64,000 nucleotides of DNA from a virus (lineage: Duplodnaviria; Caudoviricetes), in IMG/VR virus record IMGVR_UViG_2595698832_000001, positions 1 to 64,000 of that record; one strand, given 5' to 3'. The notes beneath the pieces are model-generated. The model did no database searches. It worked only from the letters and a program-made list of their open reading frames with translations, and had not been told where the DNA came from. Shown piece after piece: positions 43,264 through 54,855 of this stretch. A program made the translations under genes and the position numbers. The number at the start of each line of letters is the position of its first letter. Position 1 is the first letter of the stretch.

Positions 43264-44463
43264 TTATGAACTTAAATTTAAGTCTAAGTCTAAGTTTAAA
43301 ATATATGTTAGGTTGCCAGCATCGTAAACTTTACTAAATCCATTTTTACTCATTATTACAGATTCTGTTTCACTTTCATTATAATATCTAATTATATCTT
43401 TATCGAATAATTCTTTTAATTTATGTTTTTGGAATTTTTGTCTTGCATATACATTACTTTCATTTATATAATAATAATTTGGATAAGTTTCTCTCATTAA
43501 TTTAAAACCTAGAGTTTCATATATAGATCCTTTGCTGAATCTTCTGTTAGCATAACTAATAACTGAAATCGGCTTATAATCCCTCAAAAACGCCTTAAAT
43601 AACTTCGAGGCACCACCTTGAACAGTTATACCTTGCTTAACACAGAATCTAATTAATTCATACTGATATGCTTTATTAAATCGTGGTTTACTAAAAGTCA
43701 TACAAGCTACCAGATCATAATCCTTATATAAACCATAAGCAATAACTGCATTACAATAACCTTGTAAATGATTAGAATTTAAAAAATCTTTAAGATCTTT
43801 GTTATTAATTTGTTTAACTACACAACTTCTAGCGGGTATTTTTATATTTCCTCGCAATTTATTTTTAATCATAGAAACCCATAAATCTATATTATCACTT
43901 TCAAATATATGAAATACATCTATCCCAAGAGCTTTATATTTTTTAGTAATTTTTAAATTATAATTAGGCCACATCGAATCTAAATTATTAAAACTTATGT
44001 AATTAATACCTAAATTAATGCAAGGTATAAAAATATCTAAATCATTAGATTCTAAAAGTTTAATGTCTATATCCAATGTTTTCAGTTTATTATATAAATC
44101 TTTTATAGCCGAAGTATTTCTTTGTTTGGTTTTGATTTTAGGTTTAGGTTTAGGTTTAGTCTTAACTTCGATTTTAGAATGTTGATTAATAGATTTAGAA
44201 ACCTTTAACCCTATATTCATATTCTTAATTTTAAATTGTTTAATGCATTCAGGGTTATCACAACATTTTTTACGAACTGGTGATTCAAAAACACCTTTGT
44301 GTATTTCACAAATAAAGTGAGTTTTCTTATATTCTTTTAATATATTATAAAGATCTGGATTTAATTTTTTAAGATCACATAAAGTAAACCTTGAATTATA
44401 TAATTGATTATAGAATTCGTCTAAATCTCCATCTTTAAAATTTCTAATATATTCAGCTTTCAA
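43264..44463 (-). CDS. Hef-like putative homing endonuclease
   Basis: LDIFIP..LGI, FHIFES, FLNSNHLQG, ELIRFC, GGASKL, SYANRRFS, YDAG. Confidence 0.7.
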   Translation of the reverse strand: MKAEYIRNFKDGDLDEFYNQLYNSRFTLCDLKKLNPDLYNILKEYKKTHFICEIHKGVFESPVRKKCCDNPECIKQFKIKNMNIGLKVSKSINQHSKIEVKTKPKPKPKIKTKQRNTSAIKDLYNKLKTLDIDIKLLESNDLDIFIPCINLGINYISFNNLDSMWPNYNLKITKKYKALGIDVFHIFESDNIDLWVSMIKNKLRGNIKIPARSCVVKQINNKDLKDFLNSNHLQGYCNAVIAYGLYKDYDLVACMTFSKPRFNKAYQYELIRFCVKQGITVQGGASKLFKAFLRDYKPISVISYANRRFSKGSIYETLGFKLMRETYPNYYYINESNVYARQKFQKHKLKELFDKDIIRYYNESETESVIMSKNGFSKVYDAGNLTYILNLDLDLNLSS

Positions 44464-44475
44464 TTTATTAAACCT

Positions 44476-45865
44476 TTATAAAATTATATGTTTTAAATTT
44501 TCTATGGAATCAGATTCGGATTCCCATATATAAAATACTTTATAACCTAACTTAGCAATAAAATTAAGTCTTTCAAATGTTCTATCATATAATTGTTTTG
44601 ACGTTGCGCCGATAAACAATAATTTAGAATCATTTGAGTAACCGTGCCAGAAATTACCCAGGTATTCAAATACTAGTTTATCACCTGGATCAATATTAAT
44701 TGAATTGATTGTTAATTCTTGGTTAGTTTCAATATAGCCATCAACTTTGTATTTAGTACCAGGTATTAAAAATTGTCTAATTAATTTTAAATTGTAAATA
44801 GATTCCACAAAATCTAAAAATTTTGCTTCACTTTCACCAAACTTTCTAAGTGTTGGGACATCTATATTAAATTTGCTTTTTGAATTAGTAACTGTAGTTC
44901 CGTTTAATCCAAAATACTCTTGAAATTTAATTTTTAAAAAATATCCATTTTCTATAAAATTATTTTTAATAAATTCTTCATTGTAGTCTTTATAATTTTT
45001 TAAATGTTTATGCTTTATATTAAAATTTATATACTCTGGATATAATTCAAATAATAAATCCTCTGGAAAATTTCTAGGTAAGTTTAAATGATCTAAAATA
45101 TATATTAATTTAAATGATTCTTGATACTCTGGACTTTGAAATATCCAATCATATCCATATTTTTCTTTATTAGTAGCTTTAGCTTTAGCTTTAATATCTG
45201 GATTTTGCATAGCGCTTTCATACCCATATTTTTCTTTGTTGGTAGCTTTAGCTTTAGCTTGAATTTCAGGGCATTGCATAGGATTTTCATATCCATATCT
45301 TTCTTTATTAGTAGCTTTGATTCGCTCTCTATGTTCGGGTATTTCAAAAGTGTAATCATACCCATATCTTTCATTATTAGTTTGTCGTCTTTTTAAATCT
45401 ATTGCTTCGTAATCCAAATTGCGATGAGCTTCTTTTATAGCTTCTGTGTTGTTATATTTAGAATCTCCGTATCTTTCTAAATTAGTCTCAGCACGTTTAC
45501 TAACTACTTTGTTATAATAATCAGGATCTTGGGATATTGTGATACGTCTTTTTTCTGCTTCTTTTTTATAATCTCGCTTCTTATTGCCTTCTATAATAGC
45601 TTCTCGTAGTTTTTAGTTTTTTAGATTCGTAAAATTTTAAACATTCTAGTTTATTACAAGGTTCTTTAATAAATTCGAAGCAACATCGACATATTTTGAA
45701 ATTTTTTCTCTTGTAGAGATAATCATCAACAAAATCGAAATTATTAAAACGTAAAACTTTAATTATTTCAGATAAATCTCTCTTTAAAGAGTTTAGGTAT
45801 CTATATATTTCATTGATATCGGTTAACGTTTGTATTTTTTCAGTAATGTAAGATTTTTTAGCCAT
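44476..45865 (-). CDS. Hef-like endonuclease with KATNKEKYG repeats (frameshifted)
   Basis: Repeated T(N)..(R/K)YG units; KVDGY, FEYLGNFWHG, YIWES nuclease motifs; N-terminal ORF 45581-45865. Confidence 0.7.
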
Positions 45866-45968
45866 TTATTATTATAATATATTAAAGCTTAAAGTTTTAT
45901 GAATTTGAGTTTAAAATGAGACCCGATTGTTAAAAAATCGGATCTTTTTTGTAAATTGAACCTTGGGT

Positions 45969-46391
45969 TTAGCTTACAACAACGCTAAAGTCGTTTGCAC
46001 CTACATTAATGAACCGCAAATGAATGAACTCTGCAACATAAGTCGGCTTAATATATACGTCTATGACGAGTTGGTTCGCGGCGATTACACTTGCTGGATT
46101 GTTTGATGTATCACATATCACAAGGTAATCTTGTATACCCCGACCAGCTTTTACTTGAGCCAAGAAAGGTTTGATAATACTTACAAGGTAATTTCTTGTA
46201 AAACTATCATTGAACTCAAATAGACTATACTTCGACATACGCCCTAAAGATCTTTCCAAATGGTTAAACAAGCTAACAACGTTTACACGATCGAAGCTTG
46301 AAGCTTTAGTTTGTAATGTTTTTTGACCCCAAAGAACAGCACCAGTGTTTGGAAACATAACTACTGGATTTATACCATTCTTGTAAAGTAT
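45969..46391 (-). CDS. gp18: Tail sheath part B, exon 2
   Basis: LYKNGINPV, LWGQKT, FDRVNV, LFEFND, IKPT..AEFI conserved sheath C-terminus. Confidence 0.9.
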   Translation of the reverse strand: MLYKNGINPVVMFPNTGAVLWGQKTLQTKASSFDRVNVVSLFNHLERSLGRMSKYSLFEFNDSFTRNYLVSIIKPFLAQVKAGRGIQDYLVICDTSNNPASVIAANQLVIDVYIKPTYVAEFIHLRFINVGANDFSVVVS

Positions 46392-48024
46392 CATTGTGTT
46401 CAACATCGTTCGCTACGCGATGTCCGTTCGAAGTAATGGTAAACAACGAACTGCTTTAACTTTCGTTAAAGATCAGACTATATCTTGCTCATATCATAAT
46501 GACTTAGAGCGCCCCATTTCGAATTCGCTTGAATTCTACTCTACTTGGTGTCTATAAGACCCTTTCGATAGTCGTTGAACGTTCTCTTTTAAAAAAAGAG
46601 CTTCGCTGCTGATTAGCATATTGTAAAGTGATTAAAAGTTTCGGAGTTTTAATCACAAAATGCAAAGTAGAATCTTTTTTAAATAGATTCAATTTATTTA
46701 TTTGTTCTACATAAAATTGAATCTTTTAAACAAATTCAATTTATTTATTTTGTATTATATAATTATAGATATCATCTATTTCGATATCACACCTTCTATT
46801 TTTACTTATATTTTCAACTGCTGGTATAAATCTTAAATTTGATATGTTACCTATTAAATAAGCGGGTATATTATTGATAAATCCCATTTTTATAGAGTAT
46901 ATATGATCTAAATGATACCCATTGTTTTTCAGAGTTCCTCTTTTATCATAATTTTCTAAAGATTTTAAATCGTTTTTATTAGTATATCGCCAGACAACGC
47001 GTCTATAGTACTCGAAATCAGGTAAATCTTCGGGTTTAGGCCAAACACCACTTTCTTGCATTTTAATTCTGTGTCTATCATAGAAATTTAAACCATTTTC
47101 ATCTTTTTCGAGATTTTGTATTTGCATCCTATCATAGAAATTTAAACCATTTTCATCTTTTTCTAATTTTTTTAAATGCACAAATTGATAATGGTCAACA
47201 ATTTCACCGTTGTATTCAATCTTTTTATTTTTCATAGTTTTTGCAGCTTTGATAGCGGCATTTTTAATAATTTCTGGATTATTCTTATAAGTTTCATTTC
47301 TTTTAATAATAGCTAATTTAAAGACTTCTTTATGTTCCTGATATGCTTTCTTAGCTATATTGCTTAGATCTTCGTGTGTATATTTTTTACGCTTGGTTTC
47401 TTTGGCTTTGTTTATAGCTTGCTGTTTTTCTTCTGGTGATTTATTTTTAAAAGTTTCTTTAACTTTTTCACTCTGTGATTTTGCTAATACATTGGACATC
47501 GTTGAGTTCGCGTGTCTGCTTGAACATCCATTAGAAAACCCTTCTCTGAGATTTCTAAATCTTTTCTTATTTCCGCAAGTAGGACAAACTAAATCAATAG
47601 GCTTTAAATCTTCTATTATATAATAAACTCGTTCTAATATGCAAGCGTTATAATCGTCTAAGAATTCAGTATTTTTATATATTTCTTCTTTTAATTCTTT
47701 GATAAATTTACTATTACGAGTAAAATTTTCACAGTTTGGATATTTTTCTTTAAATTTTTTAATTTCTTTTAATAATTTATATCTAATAGATATATCATAA
47801 GAATAATTTAAATTTAATTTAGTAGAACATTTTAATTTAGGTGTTTCTACAAATATGATCAAATGAGGAAGCTCCGACCTTTCCTCATTTAAAGTTAATT
47901 TTTGCATTTTATTCCTTTGGAAATATTACAACTTAGCCTTCCAGCAATTAAAGGCTTTTTTCAAGTTACGTTTCCGTAACCGGTGACATACATACTTTTA
48001 TTATATTAAAAGCATTTTGTTGCT
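46392..48024 (-). mobile_element. Group I intron in the tail sheath gene
   Basis: P AATTGCTGGAA, Q AATCAGCAG, R GTTCAACGACTA, S AAGATATAGTCT; 5' exon ends in U, intron ends in G; IGS GUCAC pairs with GUGAU; splicing restores MRD-ILYKNGINPV in frame. Confidence 0.9.
46741..47907 (-). CDS. Intron-encoded HNH-type homing endonuclease
   Basis: YHLDHIYS...NL...EN..K HNH motif; CPTC; duplicated LEKDENGLNFYDR. Confidence 0.8.
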   Translation of the reverse strand: MQKLTLNEERSELPHLIIFVETPKLKCSTKLNLNYSYDISIRYKLLKEIKKFKEKYPNCENFTRNSKFIKELKEEIYKNTEFLDDYNACILERVYYIIEDLKPIDLVCPTCGNKKRFRNLREGFSNGCSSRHANSTMSNVLAKSQSEKVKETFKNKSPEEKQQAINKAKETKRKKYTHEDLSNIAKKAYQEHKEVFKLAIIKRNETYKNNPEIIKNAAIKAAKTMKNKKIEYNGEIVDHYQFVHLKKLEKDENGLNFYDRMQIQNLEKDENGLNFYDRHRIKMQESGVWPKPEDLPDFEYYRRVVWRYTNKNDLKSLENYDKRGTLKNNGYHLDHIYSIKMGFINNIPAYLIGNISNLRFIPAVENISKNRRCDIEIDDIYNYIIQNK

Positions 48025-49339
48025 ATCACGCATCGCACCAGTTGGGCTATATGCCAACGCCTCGCAGTTTTTAATGAGACCTCTGTTAAGACCAGCAGCT
48101 GCATACCAGTTAGCTTGGTTATAATTTGTTTGGGCTTTAAGACCTGCAATATCTGCAGCTAAGTTCAGCCATCTATAACCACCAAGCTCAGCACAGTATT
48201 GATATTTGTAATTGCTACACAAAGTTACATATTTAGAATCTATATTTAAAGATTTTCTAAAATCAAGCGTTTTTTGATTAGCAATTGTAGATTTATAGCC
48301 CACTGAACAACTTTTTGGTGCACCCATAAATGCTATACAGTCACCACGAGTAATCGCAATATCAGTAGCTGCTTTTGGATAAGTTTCGTTACAAATTAAG
48401 ATATCAACATCGATTTCTTCTTTGTTGTCGAAAATTGTATAAGCGTCTATAATATCGTCAATACCTGGAGCTGAATCCATACCATTTTCAAGTTTAAGTA
48501 AATCTTCACCTAAACAAGTTTTTGGTTTACCTTGAACTGCTTCATTTACAGAAACTAAGATATAGCTTGACTTGCCATTAATCATTGTTTCTATATAAGT
48601 AAATTCATTTTTCTCATTTTTATCAGTTAAGCCTAAGCTTACAATAAATGATTCTTGAATTTCGTTTGCGTAGATAACAATAACAGCAAATTGATCACCA
48701 TAAGGAATATAATCAAATTGAGAATCTAATGGTATACCATCAGTGATATATTTTCCTTTGTTGAAATCATCAGGGTGTGCGATTGCGACGTCAATTTTAT
48801 TACCCCACTCTCCCGGTGTTTTAGCAAATATTTTTAATTTTGCATCTTTATAAACAAAATGGTTTAGATAATTTATCTTCATCAAATGTATTGAAGTTAC
48901 TAATGGTATGATCATAAAGTTCATATTCTGACGCATCGTATTTGGTTTCAGAACCTTCTACAGGAACTTCAACACAAGACGATTTAGTAGCCTTAACTAA
49001 ATAAACTGGAAAACCTTTAGTTGCTTCAACAATAGCTTCAGAATCCTCAGTTCCTTCATAAGTAATATTTGTGAAAGCTTCACCATTGACTATACTGTCA
49101 GAGATTGCTAAGATTCTGAATCTTGGATCAGTTAAAACATCAGAAAATGCTATAATATCTCCGCGTTTTAATTCAGTGTTAGCACCTCTAAGACTTAAAA
49201 TATAATTAGAATCTGGTTGAGATTCACCTTCCATTAAGTATACTGAAGTGTCTGCATTTAGTTCACCTGGTTCTTTGTCTAAAGTAACAATAGTTACTTC
49301 TTGAGTTATAAACTCTGGTATATCGTAGATATCTGCCAT
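48025..49339 (-). CDS. gp18: Tail sheath part B, exon 1 (frameshift near 48855)
   Basis: ATG 49339 with AGGA RBS; FAKTPGEWGN, RGDCIAF, ADIAGL, WYAAAGLNRG. Confidence 0.85.
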
Positions 49340-51211
49340 TTATTGTCCTTTCCTAGCTTTAGATTTTTGGATAGCTCTACCACTTGGATCTGTATCTTCG
49401 GCTGTTACGTTGATAGTAAATTTCTTTTTCTAGCATCTGGGTAACAATCTTTTTTACAAATAAATTTAACTGTTCCAGTTCCTTGTGTTAAAGGTTTAAT
49501 ATTATATTCTAAATCATTTATTGTGGTAATCTCAGCGGCTAAGCCATCAGAGCTTTCGACATTGATTGCGACAGAATCTAACGCATAAACGTCTAATGGA
49601 TTTAAAGTAACTGTAGTGATTTGATTTACTTTTGAAATAATTTCAGTTGGGTTAACTTCGACGTTTGGAGCTGTAGTAGAGTTAACAGCAACAGGGACTT
49701 TTTTTAGTAAATGTTTTAAATCCTTCTTTTTTAACAATTACTTCTACATAAGTTCTTCCTGGGAATTTTGGACTGACTGTTATAATTTTAGTATTTGATT
49801 TTAATACAGCAACTTGAAAATTACCAGATCTTGCTGTTACAGTAGCTTCCTCAGGTGCAGTCACTGTAATTGTTTGATCTTCACCACCTTTATCAAAACT
49901 GAGAGATTCTTTGTTGATAATTATGTCGGAAATTTCAGGCAAATCTTCAATTGTTACTGATATTTGACTTGAAAAATCTTTATGACCTTCTTTTGAAACT
50001 GTTACATTAACTGTAGTGTTTCCCGCAGCTACTGGAGTAATTTTTAAAATATTGTCACTAACTTCCAAAGTTGCAACTTCACTATCTTGTATAGTAGCTT
50101 TAAGTGTAGCAGATTCTGGTAATGTAGCAGTTACTGTTTGAACACCTTGATTAATTTTAGCTGTAACTGATTCTGGGCTAAAAGATACTCCAGTAATTTC
50201 TGGTAAGTCAACTGCTTCAGTAACGGTTACGGTTATAGTTTTAGTAACTTCAGTTTTTCCTTGAGCTTGAGCTGTGATTTCAATTGTAGTGGAACCCACT
50301 CTTACACCATTTACAGTTTTCTTATCACTTTCAATACTTGCAATACCTAAGTTTTTAGAAACAATTGTATAATCACTAGCATCAGTGTCGATATTTAACA
50401 CACCTTGCTCGCCTTGAATTATATTTAATTGTTCTGGAGAAACAATCAATTTTGTTTGTTCTTTTTCTTGAACGTCGAATTTTAATTCAAATGAATTAGT
50501 TCTCGAACCTTCTTTGGTAGCTTTAAAAGTCACAATAGCAGTCCCTACTTTTAATGCAGTTAAAGATTTATTAGATTTGTTAACAAGAACCACATCAGGT
50601 CTATCTGTTTCTACAGTATAAGATTCTGCATCGGTTGTTATTACGTAGCTAACAACTTCATCAACATAAGCACTTACTTGGCTTGGGTCCACTACTAATT
50701 GGGTTAATGGTTGATAATCTGGATTTGGTATTTGCTTAACTTCATTTCTAACATATTTAATTTTATATTCTTTATTAGAATCGTTGAATTTAAGAACTTG
50801 TCCAACTTCGAATTTATCAGTTTTTTCGAATTTAACGTCTACAGAGTCAACTTCGATAACTTTAACACCTTCGATTTTACTAGCGTTAACATTTGTTTTA
50901 TATGCATTTTCTTCAAATTGTAAGCCATCTAATTGTGTGGGTGTACCATTGATGTCTGCTGCACGAGAAACATAAATTGCACCACTGTAAGCTAAGAAAT
51001 TTTGAACTTGATAATAATCATTATAATTCTTTGTATTAGGCATACCGTAATTATCTCTGAGTTCTTGAACACTTGAGATTAAAGTATGTACACCAACTGG
51101 TCCTTTCTCAAAATCACCACCAAAAACGGCAGCAGAGTCACCTTCAACAGGCGTAATTTGAGATTGGTCTACTTCGGAAACCTGGATACCAGGGCTAAGT
51201 AAATTTGCCAT
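49340..51211 (-). CDS. gp18: Tail sheath part A with appended Ig-like domains (indels near 49700 and 49425)
   Basis: MANLLSPGIQVSEVD...FEKGPV...FLAYSGAIYVSRA; ~5 Big_2-like repeats; ends KARKGQ-TAA. Confidence 0.85.
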
Positions 51212-51404
51212 TTTAATCCTTTTAATATGATTTGATATTACAAAAAGTCTCTCGAACTGCATCAAGCTTCGTTGTTGAGCTCTTAAACCAATTTCGATGC
51301 CTTTAGGCTAAAACGACTAAAGTATATTGGAATCTTATTATTTATTTAAGGATTTAAAAATTAAATTTTAAGAGTTTTTTCAGTTTATGTATTAAAAAAT
51401 TAGA

Positions 51405-51425
51405 TTGGGGATTTAACATCCCCAA
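51405..51425 (-). terminator. Terminator after the capsid gene
   Basis: ttggggat...atccccaa stem followed by a T-rich run on the minus strand. Confidence 0.6.
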
Positions 51426-51438
51426 ATTATTGAAGCAA

Positions 51439-52774
51439 TTAAGCTAAAATAGTTCCTGTTAAATCTACACCGAATGTTCTTGCGTAATTTTCTGGTTCAA
51501 GTGGATTAGTAGCTAAGCCATATCTTGTTCTTGCAATCATACCTGGTTGTCCTGATTCTTGATTCATTACTTTTTGGAAGCTTAATGGTACATATGGGCA
51601 GAAGAATCCGAGACTATCTTGAGCGGTTGTACCCTTATAAAGAACAGTGATATAATCAGATTTAGCATATTGATCAACAATTACATTATATCTACCATCA
51701 TAAGTCCCTACATTACCAGTAAATACATCAGTAGCTATATTACTTGAACTAGAAGCAAATTTAAATGTACCGATTTGATCTAACATAGTAGCAACTTTTG
51801 GAGATACAAGCAATGTATTACCTGAACCACGTCTTGTCATTAACCCGATGTTTCTTGCTTCTAAATCTATTTTGATAGCATTACATCTATATCTTTCAAT
51901 TTCCCATCTACCAGCTTCTTTGTGTTCAGCACCTGGACTTAAAGTATCAGCGACAACGGTAGCTGTATTGTTTACGAAATTGATAATCTCACGATCTATT
52001 TCAGTTTGCATTTCAGCAGCAATAAGATTAGCTAAATGTTCATCTGCAAGTACACCGTGTTGATTTTTTAAATCTTCATACATTTCTAAAGTATATTCAG
52101 CTTTAAGTTTTCTTGTTTTTGCTTCAACAGTATCTTTTTCAATTCCAAAACCTACAGTGTTCATATCTTCAGCAAGTTTTTCACCATCAGCTGTACTATA
52201 TGGTCCTGAATAAGTTTCTAAGATTTTATGGAAAGTAGCTTCGTTAGAATAAACGTTAACGATTTTAGTTCCTTTATCAGCAGCTTCGTTTTGGAATTTG
52301 TTACCATTAGTTAACTGAACTAAAGCAGTTTTACCATCTTTTTCAACGTGTATAATTTTACCTGTTGCGCTTGAAGTTGTACCTGTAACAGTATCACCTT
52401 TATTCACATTATCTTGAAATACAAGAATTTGAGCTTTAGAAACTGGAGATATAGCACCGTCTTTTTTATTACCTGTATATCTATTGACTAATGCATAAAT
52501 GTAACCTGTAGGCATTGTTAAAGGTTGAATACCTAAAAGTTGATTAGCAACTAATGCTGGGTAAACCCTTCTTACAATTGGCATTAAGATTGGTGTAAAT
52601 TGAGCGATATCACTAGAGATAACACTTTCACCTACAAGTGCACCTTGAGATGCTAAAGCAGTGTTGCTGAGCAATGTACTCATCAATACAGCTTCACTTT
52701 CATTTAAAGCAGCATATTTTGAATCTTTAATATAAGACTCTACTTTTTCATTAAGACTTACATTTTTATCCTAT
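51439..52774 (-). CDS. gp23: Major capsid protein (gp23-like)
   Basis: LMPIVRRVYP, GIQPLTMPTG, EAKTRKLKA, EIDREII, FFCPYVPL, TRYG; the frame extends to a start damaged to ATAG at 52774. Confidence 0.95.
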
Positions 52775-52845
52775 TGTTTTTAACCTTTTAATTTTTTATA
52801 TTATTTATTTTTTAACTGAATTTTAACTGAGCTTGTTATTTGAAC

Positions 52846-53598
52846 TTAGTAGTTAGCCCAGTTAATGTCAGCGCCTGCTTTGTTTTTAAAACTTTCTTTG
52901 ATATCCTTTGAATCCTTTGAATCCTTTGAATCCTTTGAATCCTTTGAATCCTTTGAATCCTTTGAATCCTTTGAATCATCAGAATCATCAGAATCATCAG
53001 AATCATCTTCGTTTGTTTTTTTACAAGCTTCAAATAACGCTTCTAATTTAGATTCAAAACCTTCACCTCGTTCTACCAAGCTAGCTAATTTTTTAAATTT
53101 TTCACTTTCTACAAGATTTAAATTAGCAGCTAATTCATCAATTTTTTTAGATTCTTGAAGAATCGCAAGTTCAGCTTTAAGTTCTCTATTTTCAACAACT
53201 AATTTATCAAATTGATCACTTAATTCAGAATCTTTGTTTGCATAATTTTCGAGTATGTTTGATCCAGCAACATCTACTAAGTTATCAAATATACTTACTA
53301 GAGTAGCAGCCTTTTCATTCTCAACAACAGCGTCTAATTTTTCAAGAACTTCGTCTTTAAATTTATAAAGTTCTTCATTGATGAATGAATCTATATTTTC
53401 AGTAATTTTAGATTCGAGTTCTTTTTTAGCTTCTTTGAACTCTTCTACTAACTTGATTTTTTCGAGTTCGATTTGTTCATTAGCTATTTCAACAGCTTTA
53501 ATTTCAACAGCTTCATTAAACACAGATTCAATTTCTGATTTAACTGATTCTGTTAGAACATCTTTAAAGCTATCGTTGCTTAAAACTTTGTCTAACAT
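52846..53598 (-). CDS. gp22: Prohead core/scaffold protein (gp22-like)
   Basis: Acidic coiled coil directly upstream of the capsid gene; VFNEAV, EKFKKLA motifs. Confidence 0.8.
   Translation of the reverse strand: MLDKVLSNDSFKDVLTESVKSEIESVFNEAVEIKAVEIANEQIELEKIKLVEEFKEAKKELESKITENIDSFINEELYKFKDEVLEKLDAVVENEKAATLVSIFDNLVDVAGSNILENYANKDSELSDQFDKLVVENRELKAELAILQESKKIDELAANLNLVESEKFKKLASLVERGEGFESKLEALFEACKKTNEDDSDDSDDSDDSKDSKDSKDSKDSKDSKDSKDSKDIKESFKNKAGADINWANY
52903..53007. repeat. In-frame 9-bp VNTR: (ATCCTTTGA)8 plus (ATCATCAGA)3+
   Basis: Seen directly; encodes (DDS)n(KDS)n in the scaffold. Confidence 0.95.
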
Positions 53599-53770
53599 TT
53601 AGGTACCTTTCTTTGTAATTTTTTTATATTTATTAAAATCGGTTTAATTTTGTTTTAAGCTTATTTTTTGTAGTGTTAGTAGTGTTAGTAGTATTTAGTA
53701 TTGGCAGAATCGAAGCAAATATCAATTTTAACACCAAGTGTAATTTATGATATTGCTTATATACATAAAA

Positions 53771-54025
53771 TTAAAAATCATCACTAAAAACAGTTTTTTT
53801 AGGACTTTTATAGAATTTATATTTAATAAGATTTGCTTCTATATAATCTTTTAAGTATGCATCCTCTGATATCAAAAAACCAAGTTCTTCTAAAGGGATA
53901 TCATTTAAATCACAAAAATCTTGCATTATTTCCATAACACATTCATTTTTATGCTCTCTTAAAAACTTGTAGAATTTATTTAATGTTTTAATTTCCTTTG
54001 CTATTAAATCTTGGCTAATATTCAT
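53771..54025 (-). CDS. gp33: Late transcription coactivator (gp33-like)
   Basis: MEIMQDFCDLNDIPLEE..LIS...LKDYIEA pattern; coupled to gp55. Confidence 0.6.
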   Translation of the reverse strand: MNISQDLIAKEIKTLNKFYKFLREHKNECVMEIMQDFCDLNDIPLEELGFLISEDAYLKDYIEANLIKYKFYKSPKKTVFSDDF

Positions 54026-54789
54026 TTTGAATCACCTTTAGTTAGATTTACATTAAAATGTTTGTAATTACTTAGAACGTTTTTAAGTTCAGCGTAATCA
54101 TCAAATGATATAAAACCTTCATTGTATCTAATATTAATATTTTTGTATTTGATTTCAGTGGTATCTAAAATATTTTCAATCATTTTTAAATTAAAATTGG
54201 GTATTGTGTAATCTACATATAATTCATTAACAATATCTATAGTTGAAGCATTCCTAGATTCATTATGTATATCATATTCAGAATTATACATACAAGCTAA
54301 GTTTTCAAGTTCTTTATCTTTTTTGTTTTTCTCATTGATAATAGCTAAAATACTATTATGAATTATTTGTGAAATATAACTAAAACAAGATACTGATTGG
54401 TTTGTAATTTTAGATTTTAATGTATGGTCGAAGTTATGAATATATTTAAATACACGATAGCAAGCATCACTATAAAAATCATCTTGCCAAGTATACCCGG
54501 AAAAATTAGGTTTAGTTAATATTTTTTTAATCATTAGAATAACAATGTTACCAAAATATTCGTGAGATTTTGGTGATATTTTTACACCCTCGGATATACT
54601 AATAATATAGTCTTTAAGATCTGGATCTTTTGTTTTAATATATTCTTTTATCTTAATGTCTAAGTCTTCATTTATAGAACCATCAGGATCTTCAGAGCCT
54701 AGATTTAATCTGAAGTTTTTTTCGCGAATAGCTAGCGATTTTAGTTCAAGTTCGTTAGTATAATCGTGTTTCATACGAGTTTCACTCAT
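54022..54789 (-). CDS. gp55: Late sigma factor (gp55-like)
   Basis: YTN.EL, KPNFSGYTWQDD..SDA, YIHNFD, FSYISQI. Confidence 0.85.
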   Translation of the reverse strand: MSETRMKHDYTNELELKSLAIREKNFRLNLGSEDPDGSINEDLDIKIKEYIKTKDPDLKDYIISISEGVKISPKSHEYFGNIVILMIKKILTKPNFSGYTWQDDFYSDACYRVFKYIHNFDHTLKSKITNQSVSCFSYISQIIHNSILAIINEKNKKDKELENLACMYNSEYDIHNESRNASTIDIVNELYVDYTIPNFNLKMIENILDTTEIKYKNINIRYNEGFISFDDYAELKNVLSNYKHFNVNLTKGDSK

Positions 54790-54855
54790 TTTACCACCTT
54801 TAGATTTTAAACTTTAGTTTTAAATTTAAATATTAAATATAAATTAAATATATTT

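Noticed and set aside
45969-46406. Independent gene starting at 46406
   Set aside because: The first codons lie within the intron 3' end; the region is better explained as exon 2 starting at 46391.
52836-53158. ORFs with IQR or FES repeats
   Set aside because: These are alternate-frame and antisense readings of the 9-bp VNTR in the scaffold gene.
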